This document shows positions 8,470 through 17,460 of a stretch of 64,000 bases of DNA, in pieces. The notes beneath the pieces are model-generated. The model searched no databases and had not been told where the DNA came from. It saw nothing but the letters and a program-made list of their open reading frames with translations. Origin of the DNA: an uncultured Planctomycetaceae bacterium (GTDB lineage: Bacteria > Planctomycetota > Phycisphaerae > Sedimentisphaerales > UBA12454); the NCBI GenBank assembly GCA_964619675.1, contig CAZUEO010000001.1:2138-66137 (forward strand), given 5' to 3'. Each line of letters starts with the position of its first letter. The first letter of the stretch is position 1. Position numbers and translations under genes: made by a program.

Positions 8470-8739
8470 ATGGAAGGCCAGAGAAAACAAAAAAATACAG
8501 TCAGCGGCACTGTTGTCAGCCGCAGCGGAGACAAAAGTATCAAGGTTTCGCTTGATTACAGGGTGAGACATCCTGTTTACGGTAAATATATGAACAGACG
8601 TACCAAGCTGAGTGTTCATGACGGTAAAAATGAGGCTCAGGTCGGCGATATTGTCGAAGTTGTCGAATGCAGGCCTGTGAGCAAAACCAAAAGCTGGCGT
8701 TTGCTTAAGGTCGTTCAAAAAGCAATTGAAAAAGATTAA
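8470..8739 (+). CDS. rpsQ: 30S ribosomal protein S17
   Basis: GTVVSRSGDKSIKVSLDYRVRHPVYGKYMNRRTKLSVHD...GDIVEVVECRPVSKTKSW matches S17. Confidence 0.95.
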   Translation: MEGQRKQKNTVSGTVVSRSGDKSIKVSLDYRVRHPVYGKYMNRRTKLSVHDGKNEAQVGDIVEVVECRPVSKTKSWRLLKVVQKAIEKD

Positions 8740-8756
8740 CAGTAAGGGATAAAGCG

Positions 8757-9146
8757 TTGATTCAGCAGGAAACTATGTTGGATATAGCCGATAATTCCGG
8801 CGTTAAGCTGGCACAATGTATTCTGGTTCCCGGCAGAAGATCGAGCAGGAAAGGCAAATATACACGAGCAAAAGCTACAATAGGCGATATTATATGTGTG
8901 GCGTTAAAAAAAGTGCTGCCGAACTGCCAGCTTGACAGGAAAAAAGTTTACAGATGCGTCATAATAAGGACAAAAAAACCCGTCAGAAGAGCTGATGGCA
9001 GTTACGTCAGGTTTGACAGCAACGCTGCGGTAATCATCGACGCCGAAGGCAACCCTGTCGGCACGAGAGTTTTCGGAGCGGTTGCAAGAGAATTGCGAGA
9101 GAAAAATTTTATGAAGATAGTATCGCTTGCAAGCGAGGTTGTATAG
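8757..9146 (+). CDS. rplN: 50S ribosomal protein L14 (TTG start)
   Basis: MIQQETMLDIADNSG...RFDSNAAVIID..GNPVGTRVFG.VARELR matches L14. The codon at 8757 is ttg. Confidence 0.95.
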   Translation: MIQQETMLDIADNSGVKLAQCILVPGRRSSRKGKYTRAKATIGDIICVALKKVLPNCQLDRKKVYRCVIIRTKKPVRRADGSYVRFDSNAAVIIDAEGNPVGTRVFGAVARELREKNFMKIVSLASEVV

Positions 9147-9148
9147 CT

Positions 9149-9481
9149 ATGGCAAGACATATTAAAAAAGGCGATATGGTTGAAGTGATTGCCGGCGAGA
9201 ACAAGGGAATGGTGGCAAAGGTAATGTACATTGTTCCTTCGAAGAACAAAGTTGCCATTGAAGGGGTAAACAGACGTTACAGACATGTAAAGCCCAGCCG
9301 CAAATACCCGCAGGGCGGCAGAATACAGATTGAGCAGCCTGTGCATATAAGCGACGTTTTGCCGGTAAACCCCAAGACCTCAAAGGGCACAAGAGTAAAA
9401 TTTGTCGTCGACAAAAAAGGCGAAAAAAAACGCGTTGGCATCGATGGCACGGAAATCGGAGTAGTCAGGAAAGCTGATTAG
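9149..9481 (+). CDS. rplX: 50S ribosomal protein L24
   Basis: HIKKGDMVEVIAGENKG is a KOW motif, and the gene sits between L14 and L5. Confidence 0.95.
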   Translation: MARHIKKGDMVEVIAGENKGMVAKVMYIVPSKNKVAIEGVNRRYRHVKPSRKYPQGGRIQIEQPVHISDVLPVNPKTSKGTRVKFVVDKKGEKKRVGIDGTEIGVVRKAD

Positions 9482-9487
9482 AAAAAA

Positions 9488-10027
9488 ATGGCAAGGTTAA
9501 AAGACCTGTATAAATCGAAAATAGTTCCCTCTTTGCGGGAAAGATACGGTTATAAGAGCCCGATGGCGGTACCGAAGATACAAAAAATAGTAGTGTCAAT
9601 GGGCGTAGGCAAAGCGGTACAGGACAAAAAGTTCCTCGAAATCGCTTTGCAGGACCTGATGATGATTACTGCGCAAAAGCCGCTTGTCATCCGGGCCAAA
9701 AAGAGCGTCTCCAACTTCAAGGTCAGGCAGGGAGACCAGACAGGACTGAAAGTTACGCTGCGGGGCCAAAGAATGTACGAATTTATAGACAGGCTTGTTA
9801 ACCTTGCGATACCGAGAGTAAAAGACTTCAGGGGCCTGAGCCCCAGAAGCTTCGATGGGCGGGGGAATTATTCGCTCGGTATGAATGAACAAACGGTCTT
9901 TCCGGAAATAGACCCTGCAAAGGTCCAGGCCTTACAGGGTATGGATATAACCTTTGTTACGACGGCTGATACGGACGATGAGGCAAGAGAACTGCTCAGG
10001 ATGTTCGGTATGCCGTTCAGGGAGTAG
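9488..10027 (+). CDS. rplE: 50S ribosomal protein L5
   Basis: RLKDLYKSKIVPSL...KIVVSMGVG...FRGLSPRSFDGRGNYSLG matches L5. Confidence 0.97.
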   Translation: MARLKDLYKSKIVPSLRERYGYKSPMAVPKIQKIVVSMGVGKAVQDKKFLEIALQDLMMITAQKPLVIRAKKSVSNFKVRQGDQTGLKVTLRGQRMYEFIDRLVNLAIPRVKDFRGLSPRSFDGRGNYSLGMNEQTVFPEIDPAKVQALQGMDITFVTTADTDDEARELLRMFGMPFRE

Positions 10028-10030
10028 CAG

Positions 10031-10216
10031 ATGACTACAAGAGCTCTGGTGAACAAGAGTAAAAAAAAGCCTAAATTCAGGACAAGGGCTTATACCCGCT
10101 GTGAAATCTGCGGCAGAAGCCATGCAGTTTACAGAAGGTTCAAAATCTGCCGGCTGTGCCTTAGAAAACTTGCCGGCGAAGGCAAAATTCCCGGACTGAA
10201 AAAGGCGAGCTGGTAA
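10031..10216 (+). CDS. rpsN: 30S ribosomal protein S14, short zinc-binding (type Z) form
   Basis: The protein is 61 aa with CEICGRS...CRLC (CxxC...CxxC) and ends in KASW. Confidence 0.95.
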   Translation: MTTRALVNKSKKKPKFRTRAYTRCEICGRSHAVYRRFKICRLCLRKLAGEGKIPGLKKASW

Positions 10217-10255
10217 TAGATAAAAATTTAAATTCTTTTTTACAGGATAGTTTAG

Positions 10256-10654
10256 ATGCACAGTGACCCGATAGCAGATATGCTTACAAGAATAAGAAAT
10301 GCTGTCTCTGCAGGCCATGAAAAGGTTACGGTCAAAGCTTCGAAAATCTGTCGCGGCATCGCTGAAGTGCTGAAAAATGAAGGTTATGTCAGCGATTTTG
10401 ACAGGATTGATGATGCAACGAGGCAGGGAGTGCTCAGAGTAACGCTTAAATACGCCCCCGATGGTACGCCGGCAATAACCGAAATTAAAAGAGTAAGCAA
10501 GACCGGAAGAAGAGTTTACAGTTCTGTTAAGTCTTTGCCTTATGTTATGAACGGAATGGGAATTGCCATTGTCTCGACGAGCAAGGGTATAATGACAGAT
10601 AAACAATGCCGAGCCGAAAATATCGGTGGTGAAATGGTTTGTACGGTGAGCTGA
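10256..10654 (+). CDS. rpsH: 30S ribosomal protein S8
   Basis: DPIADMLTRIRNA...GIAIVSTSKGIMTD matches S8. Confidence 0.97.
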   Translation: MHSDPIADMLTRIRNAVSAGHEKVTVKASKICRGIAEVLKNEGYVSDFDRIDDATRQGVLRVTLKYAPDGTPAITEIKRVSKTGRRVYSSVKSLPYVMNGMGIAIVSTSKGIMTDKQCRAENIGGEMVCTVS

Positions 10655-11238
10655 TGAGCAGAATAGGTAAAAAACCGATTGACATACCGGCTGGCGTGAA
10701 AGTCGAGATTTCAGGCCGAACAGTTAAAGTAAACGGGCCGCAAGGAGCTCTCGAGATGAAGTGTCATCCGAAGATAAATGTCAAAGTTGACGGCCAGAAC
10801 AATAAAATAGTTGTTGAAAAGCCCGCCGGGCAGAGCCGTACGGAAAAAGCGATGTATGGAACTACAAGGGCACTGATTAATAATATGATAATCGGTGTCA
10901 GCAGGGGATATGAAAAGAAAATGGAAATTTACGGGACCGGTTACGGTGTAAAAGAGGATGGCGGAAAACTGATTCTGCAGGTGGGCTACAGCCATCCTGC
11001 CGAGATAAAGATACCGAAGAGCGTGAAAGTTCGGATAGATATGGCGGCGACAAAAGGTAATGATATACCGGCAAAGTTTACCCTAATGGGATGCGATAAG
11101 CAGGAAATTGGAGAGTTTGCCGCCAATGTGAGAAAAATAAGGCCGCCTGAACCTTATCAGGGCAAGGGTGTTCGATACGCTGGTGAGCGTGTTCGCAGAA
11201 AGGTAGGCAAGGCTCTGGCCGGCGCTACGACGGTGTAA
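10654..11238 (+). CDS. rplF: 50S ribosomal protein L6
   Basis: MSRIGKKPIDIPAGVKV... matches L6. The ATG at 10654 overlaps the rpsH TGA (cTGATGa). The upstream ATG at 10639 would overlap rpsH by 16 nt. Confidence 0.95.
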   Translation: MSRIGKKPIDIPAGVKVEISGRTVKVNGPQGALEMKCHPKINVKVDGQNNKIVVEKPAGQSRTEKAMYGTTRALINNMIIGVSRGYEKKMEIYGTGYGVKEDGGKLILQVGYSHPAEIKIPKSVKVRIDMAATKGNDIPAKFTLMGCDKQEIGEFAANVRKIRPPEPYQGKGVRYAGERVRRKVGKALAGATTV

Positions 11239-11264
11239 TAATATTATGATATTTATTGAGATAA

Positions 11265-11636
11265 TTGCTTATGCTGATTGACAGTATAAAAAAAGCGAGA
11301 CTCAGAAGAAAGCTGAGAGTGCACAAGAAACTTCTTGGTGTGTCGGACAGACCCCGCTTGAGCGTGTTCCGTTCGAACAGGCATATATATGCGCAGATTG
11401 TCGACGACATTGCAGGCGTAACGCTTGCCTCGGCAAGCACGAGAAGCAAGTCGCTGCGCGATGGGCTAAAGCAAACAGGAAATGTTGAAGCGGCGAAGAT
11501 AGTCGGAAATGAAATTGCAAAACAGGCAATGCAGGTCGGAATCAAGACCGTAAAGTTTGACAGAAACAGATTCAAGTACCACGGCAGGGTAAAAGCGCTT
11601 GCCGATGCGGCAAGACAGGCCGGTCTGGTTTTTTGA
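11265..11636 (+). CDS. rplR: 50S ribosomal protein L18
   Basis: [20 protein letters not shown]...[20 protein letters not shown] matches L18. Confidence 0.96.
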   Translation: MLMLIDSIKKARLRRKLRVHKKLLGVSDRPRLSVFRSNRHIYAQIVDDIAGVTLASASTRSKSLRDGLKQTGNVEAAKIVGNEIAKQAMQVGIKTVKFDRNRFKYHGRVKALADAARQAGLVF

Positions 11637-11681
11637 CAGACAGGCATAATGCAGTGAATGGCCGGATTTTGGAGATAACAA

Positions 11682-12197
11682 TTGGCTGAAGAATCGATAA
11701 GAGCTGGTGTTCAGGAAACTTTCATTGAGGAAAATGTGATAAAAGTTTTCCGCTGTGCGAAGGTAGTCAAAGGCGGCAGACGGTTCAGTTTTAGTGCTAT
11801 GGTAGCCGTCGGCGACAGGGTGGGAACTGTCGGGATAGGTTATGGCAAGGCAAGAGAAGTGCCGATGGCAGTCAATAAAGCCATTAAGGACGCCAAGAAA
11901 AATCTTAAGAAGGTGGCTCTTAGCGGTCAGACCATACCACATCAGATTATCGGCAAGTTCGGCGCGACAAAAATAACGATGATACCAGCAAGTCCCGGTA
12001 CCGGCGTTATCGCCAGCTCAGGTGCAAGAGCCGTGCTGGAACTGGCAGGTGTGCACGATGTGCTGACAAAAGTTTACGGCAGTACGACAACCAAAAATGT
12101 TGTTAAGGCTACAATGGCTGGTTTGTTGAAGCTTCGTAATCCTGAATCAATCGAACAGCTTCGCGGAACGGCCATTCAGGCAGTAAAAAGGTGGTGA
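11682..12197 (+). CDS. rpsE: 30S ribosomal protein S5 (TTG start)
   Basis: VFRCAKVVKGGRRFSFSAMVAVGD..G.VGIGYGKAREVP matches S5. Confidence 0.96.
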   Translation: MAEESIRAGVQETFIEENVIKVFRCAKVVKGGRRFSFSAMVAVGDRVGTVGIGYGKAREVPMAVNKAIKDAKKNLKKVALSGQTIPHQIIGKFGATKITMIPASPGTGVIASSGARAVLELAGVHDVLTKVYGSTTTKNVVKATMAGLLKLRNPESIEQLRGTAIQAVKRW

Positions 12198-12204
12198 GAC
12201 AGTA

Positions 12205-12651
12205 ATGTTAAGTCATGAAATAACTTTAGTGGCAGGCAGGAAGAAACAAAGAAAAAGACTCGGCAAAGGATCGGGCAGCGGACACGGCAAAACCTGCGGC
12301 AAAGGCCATAATGGAAGCTTGAGTCGTGCCGGCGCCGGCGGAAAAATGGGGTATGAAGGCGGGCAAATGCCGCTGTTCAGGAGACTGCCCAAGCGCGGTT
12401 TCAGCAATTACAGGTTTATCCGCAGATATGAGATAGTAAATGTTTCACAGCTTGACAGATTTGAAGACGGTTCCGTAATTGATGTAAAAAGCCTGTTTTC
12501 TGCGGGACTTGTCAACAGTGCGAGCAGCAAAGTCAAGGTTCTCGGAGACGGAGAGCTGACGAAAAAACTCGACATAAGCGTTCATAAATTCAGCAAGGCC
12601 GCGCAGGACAAAATTTTAAGCTGCGGTGGTGCAGCAAAAGTGGTTGCATAA
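12205..12651 (+). CDS. rplO: 50S ribosomal protein L15
   Basis: RLGKGSGSGHGKTCGKGHNG...GGQMPLFRRLPKRGF matches L15. It follows S5 after 7 nt, so there is no rpmD (L30). Confidence 0.96.
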   Translation: MLSHEITLVAGRKKQRKRLGKGSGSGHGKTCGKGHNGSLSRAGAGGKMGYEGGQMPLFRRLPKRGFSNYRFIRRYEIVNVSQLDRFEDGSVIDVKSLFSAGLVNSASSKVKVLGDGELTKKLDISVHKFSKAAQDKILSCGGAAKVVA

Positions 12652-12668
12652 ATTGACAGGAAATATAG

Positions 12669-14039
12669 ATGTTTAACGCTGCTGTAAATATTTTCAAGAT
12701 TCCCGACCTTCGGAACAAGGTGCTTTTTACCATAGCGCTTCTGATTATTTACAGGGTCGGGTTTCATATATCGCTGCCGGCCGTTAACCAAGAGCTGATG
12801 ATTGGAGCCGCTGAGCAGCGCGACCAGAGCAGCCCTATCGGCAGGGCGCTGGAACATCTGCAGATGCTCAGCGGCGGAGAATTAAGAAGAAGCAGCCTCT
12901 TTGGGCTCGGTATTATGCCCTATATCACAGCCTCTATTATATTGATGCTGCTGGGCGAGGTGATGCCTTCGCTTAAAAAACTCAAGGAAGAAGGACAGAC
13001 GGGCTACAAAAAAATCCAGGAATATACGCGGTACCTTACCGTGCCGATATGTATAGTACAATCGATGATGTACCTGAAAGTGATGCGGCCGTACATTTAT
13101 CCCGGGATGGAAGCCGCCGGCCTTATCATGGGCACTATAGGAATGACGGCAGGTACCATATTTTTGATGTGGCTCGGCGAGCAAATTGACGAATACGGCA
13201 TCGGCAACGGCATAAGCCTGCTGATTATGGCTGGTATTCTTGCGAGAATGCCGGGCACAGTTGCGAGGGTATGGGAAAACACATCGTTTATAGTGGGTGC
13301 CGGAACGGCAAGCGGTACTTACGGGCCTGCAAAAATAATGTTTTTGCTGATAGCGTTCGTATTCGTCGTGGCAGGGGCCATACTCATTACGCAGGGACAG
13401 AGAAGGATACCGATTCAGCAGGCCAAACAGATGCGCGGGATGAGAATGTACGGTGGTCAGCGACATTATCTGCCGCTGAGGATAAATCACGGCGGCGTTA
13501 TGCCGATTATCTTCGCTTCCAGCCTGATGCAGTTTCCGCCGATAATCGTCGGACAGTTGTTAAGTGTGGAATCGCTCAGCAGGTCGGTAATCCTGGGAAA
13601 TATTTATGCGGCTCTGCGTCCCGGCGCCTATACGTATAATCTGGTTTATATTCTTATGATAATTTTGTTTTCTTACTTCTGGACGACGGTGCAATTTCAG
13701 CCGAAGGAGATGGCCAAGAATCTCCGTAACTCAGGAAGTTTCATACCGGGTCTTCGGCCGGGGCATAGAACCGCTGAATACCTGGAGACTGTTATGATAA
13801 GAATTACCTTTTACGGCGCGGCCTTTCTGGCGGTCATAGCCGTCGTACCTACTGTTATTGCTCAACTACCGGGGCTGGATATCGACTGGCAGGTCGCTTC
13901 ATTCTTCGGCGGGACGGGACTGCTGATTGTGGTCAGCGTTTCACTGGATTTGGTACAGAGAATAGAAGCCAACCTGATAATGCGAAACTATGAAGGCTTC
14001 AGCTCTACCGGAAGAATAAAGGGAGCAAGAGGATGGTAA
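12669..14039 (+). CDS. secY: Preprotein translocase subunit SecY
   Basis: The protein is polytopic, with LFGLGIMPYITASII, LGEQIDEYGIGNGISL and the usual operon position. Confidence 0.97.
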   Translation: MFNAAVNIFKIPDLRNKVLFTIALLIIYRVGFHISLPAVNQELMIGAAEQRDQSSPIGRALEHLQMLSGGELRRSSLFGLGIMPYITASIILMLLGEVMPSLKKLKEEGQTGYKKIQEYTRYLTVPICIVQSMMYLKVMRPYIYPGMEAAGLIMGTIGMTAGTIFLMWLGEQIDEYGIGNGISLLIMAGILARMPGTVARVWENTSFIVGAGTASGTYGPAKIMFLLIAFVFVVAGAILITQGQRRIPIQQAKQMRGMRMYGGQRHYLPLRINHGGVMPIIFASSLMQFPPIIVGQLLSVESLSRSVILGNIYAALRPGAYTYNLVYILMIILFSYFWTTVQFQPKEMAKNLRNSGSFIPGLRPGHRTAEYLETVMIRITFYGAAFLAVIAVVPTVIAQLPGLDIDWQVASFFGGTGLLIVVSVSLDLVQRIEANLIMRNYEGFSSTGRIKGARGW

Positions 14040-14692
14040 TAGTGATGCTTGGTCCGCCGGGAGCTGGAAAAGGAACACATTGTAAAAGGATTGTAGAAAA
14101 GTACCAGCTGGTTCATCTATCCAGTGGAGATATATTGAGAAACGAAAGAGCCGGTGGAACAGAGCTGGGTAAAAAAGCCCGGCAGTATATGGACAGCGGT
14201 AAACTTGTGCCGGACCAGATAATAATTGAAATGATGGTCGGCGCAATAGCGGCTGCAGGCGGAAACTGTGTGTCGGACGGTTTTCCCCGCACGGTTGTGC
14301 AGGCTGCCGAGCTGGATAAAGAGTTGGCGAAAGAAGGAAAAAAAATCGATGCCGTTGTGAACCTTGTTGTTAGCGACGACGTAGCTGAAAGACGCATAAC
14401 GGGCAGAAGAAGTTGTCCGGTATGCGGTGCTGTTTATCATATTGATACGATGAAGCCGAAAATCGAAGGTTACTGTGATAAGTGCAAGGACCAAAAGCTT
14501 GTGCAGAGACCGGATGACAGGCCGGATGTTGTAAAGATACGGCTGAAAACTTATTACGAGCAAACTGCCGCAGTAGTCGGTTACTATACCAACAGCGGCC
14601 AGGAAGTATTAGATATTAATGCCGACAAAACAGTCGATGATGTAATAGGCCTGATATTCAAAAAAATCGACAGTCTTGTAACGGGTAAATAA
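14033..14692 (+). CDS. adk: Adenylate kinase (zinc-lid type)
   Basis: The sequence starts MVIVMLGPPGAGKGT (P-loop) and has lid cysteines CPVCG...CDKCK. Its ATG overlaps the secY stop (ATGGTAA). Confidence 0.96.
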   Translation: MVIVMLGPPGAGKGTHCKRIVEKYQLVHLSSGDILRNERAGGTELGKKARQYMDSGKLVPDQIIIEMMVGAIAAAGGNCVSDGFPRTVVQAAELDKELAKEGKKIDAVVNLVVSDDVAERRITGRRSCPVCGAVYHIDTMKPKIEGYCDKCKDQKLVQRPDDRPDVVKIRLKTYYEQTAAVVGYYTNSGQEVLDINADKTVDDVIGLIFKKIDSLVTGK

Positions 14693-14697
14693 GTAAA

Positions 14698-15477
14698 ATG
14701 GCGATTACCTTACGAAGCAGCAGAGAAATAGAGCTTATGAGAAAGGCCGGTAAGGTTGTCGCTGAGGTTCTTTTAAAATTAAAGGATGCTGCTACGGTAC
14801 AAATCAGCACTGCAGAATTAAACCGGATAGCTGAGGATACAACAAGACAGTTAGGAGCAACGGCTCTTTTTAAGGGTGTCAAAAACCCTTATGGGAAAAG
14901 GCCTTTCCCGGCGGCCGTATGTACTTCGATTAATCAGCAGGTTGTGCACGGAATACCTTCGGAGAAAGTAAGACTTCAGGAAGGCGATATTCTCAGCATT
15001 GATTTCGGCGTTAAGCTTGATGGCTACTGCGGCGATGCTGCTGTTACGCTGGCAATTGGCAAAATCAGCAGTGACAAGCAGCGGCTGATGGATGTAACAA
15101 AACGAATGCTCGATATTGCGATACGCCGGAGCAAAAGCGGCATAAGGTGGAGCAGTATTGCAGCAATGATGCAAAAATGCGCTGAATCGGCAGGCTTTTC
15201 GGTAGTTACGGAATTTGTCGGACACGGAATAGGCACCGAAATGCATGAAGAACCGAAAGTTCCGAATTTCGTCAGCAACGAATTTTTCAAGAACGACATT
15301 TTGCTGGAAAAGGGAATGATACTTGCAGTTGAGCCGATGGTCAATATGGGCACAAGCAGCGTGATTACGTTAAATGACGGCTGGACGGTTGTTACAAGAG
15401 ACGGCAGGCCGTCGGCCCATTTTGAGCACACAATAGCCATTACTGAAACCGGCTGTGAAGTGCTTACTATAAAATAA
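14698..15477 (+). CDS. map: Type I methionine aminopeptidase
   Basis: VCTSINQQVVHGIP, DFGVKLDGYCGD, GHGIG..MHEEP and EHT match the metal ligand pattern. Confidence 0.96.
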   Translation: MAITLRSSREIELMRKAGKVVAEVLLKLKDAATVQISTAELNRIAEDTTRQLGATALFKGVKNPYGKRPFPAAVCTSINQQVVHGIPSEKVRLQEGDILSIDFGVKLDGYCGDAAVTLAIGKISSDKQRLMDVTKRMLDIAIRRSKSGIRWSSIAAMMQKCAESAGFSVVTEFVGHGIGTEMHEEPKVPNFVSNEFFKNDILLEKGMILAVEPMVNMGTSSVITLNDGWTVVTRDGRPSAHFEHTIAITETGCEVLTIK

Positions 15478-15489
15478 CCTGATTTTTAT

Positions 15490-15705
15490 ATGTCGAAAAA
15501 AGATGCGATAAAAGTTGAAGGCAAAGTGCTTGAAACTCTGCCAAATGCGATGTTCAGGGTTGAACTTGCCAACGGACATGTGATTATAGCGCATGTATCC
15601 GGAAAAATGAGAATGCATTTTATAAGAATCCTTGCAGGCGACAAGGTAACCGTTGAGATGTCGCCTTATGACCTGAGCAAGGGAAGAATAATTATGCGCC
15701 ATTAG
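15490..15705 (+). CDS. infA: Translation initiation factor IF-1
   Basis: [28 protein letters not shown]...GKMR...[23 protein letters not shown] matches IF-1. Confidence 0.97.
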   Translation: MSKKDAIKVEGKVLETLPNAMFRVELANGHVIIAHVSGKMRMHFIRILAGDKVTVEMSPYDLSKGRIIMRH

Positions 15706-15719
15706 ACAGAAGGTGTATT

Positions 15720-15836
15720 ATGAAAGTCAGAAGCTCGGTAAGAAGAATATGCGAAAATTGCAAGATTGTGCGTCGCAAAGGCGTTGTGCGCGTAATCTGC
15801 TCGGCAAACCCTCGCCACAAACAAAGACAAGGCTGA
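15720..15836 (+). CDS. rpmJ: 50S ribosomal protein L36 (not in the supplied ORF track because it is under 60 aa)
   Basis: Hand translation gives [38 protein letters not shown], with the C-x2-C...C-x5-H zinc motif and the canonical position between infA and rpsM. Confidence 0.93.
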   Translation: MKVRSSVRRICENCKIVRRKGVVRVICSANPRHKQRQG

Positions 15837-15860
15837 TTGGATTAATCGGAAAGGTAAGTT

Positions 15861-16247
15861 ATGCCTCGTATAGTTGGTGTTGATATTCCTAATGAAAAAT
15901 CGGTAGCGATTGCTCTTACCTATATACACGGTATCGGCAGGTGCACCGCGGGCAAAATTCTGAGCGAACTCGACATTGCCCCCAATATTCATGCCGGAAA
16001 GCTTTCTGAAGACCAGGTTACTAAAATTGCGCAGATAATCGACCGTGATTACATAGTCGAAGGTCAGCTCAGAAGGGAGGTCTCTCAGAATATCGCACGG
16101 CTTAAGGATATCGGTTGCTATCGTGGGCTGCGTCACCGCAAGGGACTGCCCGCCAGGGGTCAGAAAACCCAGAGTAACGCTCGCACAAGAAAAGGAAAGA
16201 GAAAAACAGTCGCCGGCAAAAAAGGTGTAAAGGAACTTCGTGGTTAA
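15861..16247 (+). CDS. rpsM: 30S ribosomal protein S13
   Basis: [13 protein letters not shown]....ALTYIHGIG...[15 protein letters not shown] matches S13. Confidence 0.97.
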   Translation: MPRIVGVDIPNEKSVAIALTYIHGIGRCTAGKILSELDIAPNIHAGKLSEDQVTKIAQIIDRDYIVEGQLRREVSQNIARLKDIGCYRGLRHRKGLPARGQKTQSNARTRKGKRKTVAGKKGVKELRG

Positions 16248-16269
16248 TTTTTTTAAGGTTTTGTAATAA

Positions 16270-16641
16270 ATGGCTACGGGAAAAATAAGAAAAAACGTTG
16301 CGAAAGCTGTTGTACACATTAAGTCTACTTTCAACAATACTCAGATTACAATAACTGATACCGACGGTGATACCATTTGCTGGGACTCGGCAGGCACGGT
16401 AGGTTTTAAAGGCTCGAGAAAAAGCACTCCTTTTGCGGCCCAAAGAGCGGCGGAAAAATGCGCAAATGCTGCGAAACGTTATGGTATCCGCGAAGTTGAG
16501 GTAAAGGTTAAGGGCCCCGGCTCCGGCAGGGAATCGGCCATTTCAGCACTGCAGGCGGCAGGGCTGAGAATTTCTTCCATCGAAGATGTTACTCCTATTC
16601 CGCACAACGGCTGCCGGCCGCCAAAGAGAAGAAGAGTATAA
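16270..16641 (+). CDS. rpsK: 30S ribosomal protein S11
   Basis: [16 protein letters not shown]....[18 protein letters not shown] matches S11. Confidence 0.97.
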   Translation: MATGKIRKNVAKAVVHIKSTFNNTQITITDTDGDTICWDSAGTVGFKGSRKSTPFAAQRAAEKCANAAKRYGIREVEVKVKGPGSGRESAISALQAAGLRISSIEDVTPIPHNGCRPPKRRRV

Positions 16642-16683
16642 AAAAGTAAAAAGGTAAAAGTAAAAAGTAAAAGGTGAAAAATA

Positions 16684-17316
16684 ATGGGACGTTATATTGG
16701 ATCATCATGCAGGTTGTGCAGACGTGAAGGTATGAAGCTGTTTCTCAAGGGTATTCGCTGTGAAACCAGCAAGTGTCCGATTGAGAAGCGTCAGAAGAAT
16801 ATTGCACCGGGTATGCACGGCTGGAGACGCAGCAGAAGCACCGATTATGGTGTTCGGATGCGCGAAAAGCAAAAAGTGAAACGATACTACGGACTGTTTG
16901 AAAAACAGTTTATGCGGTATTTCCACAAAGCTGAAAGAACAAAGGGCAACACTGGGAAAGTTCTGCTGGGTCTGCTGGAAAGAAGACTGGATAACGTTGT
17001 TTACAAACTCAACTTTGCCGCTTCGAGAAAAACGGCCAGGCAGTTGATATCGCAGGGACATATTTATGTAAACAACAGGAAGGTAAACAAGCCGGATTTT
17101 ACTGTAAGTATCGGCGACAAAATAACCGTTAAGGCTTCAGAAAAAAGCAAAAAGAGAATCAAGACACAACTTGAAGTTAATCCGAACTTTATTGCGCAGT
17201 CCTGGCTGCAGCTTGACCCTAACATGCCGGCGGCTACTGTTGTTGCGCTGCCTTCGAGACAGGATGTGCAGTTTCCTGTGGAAGAACAGCTTGTTGTGGA
17301 GTTCTGTTCGAGATAG
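16684..17316 (+). CDS. rpsD: 30S ribosomal protein S4
   Basis: MGRYIGSSCRLCRREGMKLFLKG.RC matches S4, and an S4 RNA-binding domain is present (RLDNVVYKLNFAASRKTARQLISQGHIYVNN). Confidence 0.97.
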   Translation: MGRYIGSSCRLCRREGMKLFLKGIRCETSKCPIEKRQKNIAPGMHGWRRSRSTDYGVRMREKQKVKRYYGLFEKQFMRYFHKAERTKGNTGKVLLGLLERRLDNVVYKLNFAASRKTARQLISQGHIYVNNRKVNKPDFTVSIGDKITVKASEKSKKRIKTQLEVNPNFIAQSWLQLDPNMPAATVVALPSRQDVQFPVEEQLVVEFCSR

Positions 17317-17373
17317 TTTTTGTTTTGAAACATAAATTAGATGCTGTTAAGCAAGTAAAAAAATAAGTTAACC

Positions 17374-17440
17374 GGGCAATTAACAGATAGCGATTTTCGA
17401 AGGCGAAGGCCCCTGACAGAATCGCTGAGAACAATTGCCC
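17374..17440 (+). promoter_or_regulatory. Extended imperfect hairpin in the rpsD-rpoA spacer, just upstream of the rpoA Shine-Dalgarno sequence
   Basis: gggcaatt (17374-81) pairs with aattgccc (17433-40), and agcgatt (17389-95) pairs with aatcgct (17420-26). An aaggagg RBS lies at 17446-52 and the ATG at 17461. Confidence 0.4.
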
Positions 17441-17460
17441 ATATTAAGGAGGCCGAAAAA

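Noticed and set aside
12198-12204. A missing rpmD (L30) between rpsE and rplO, considered as a possible deletion or annotation gap.
   Set aside because: Only 7 nt separate S5 and L15, so there is no room for a decayed gene. L30 is known to be absent from several bacterial lineages, so this is a lineage trait rather than an anomaly.
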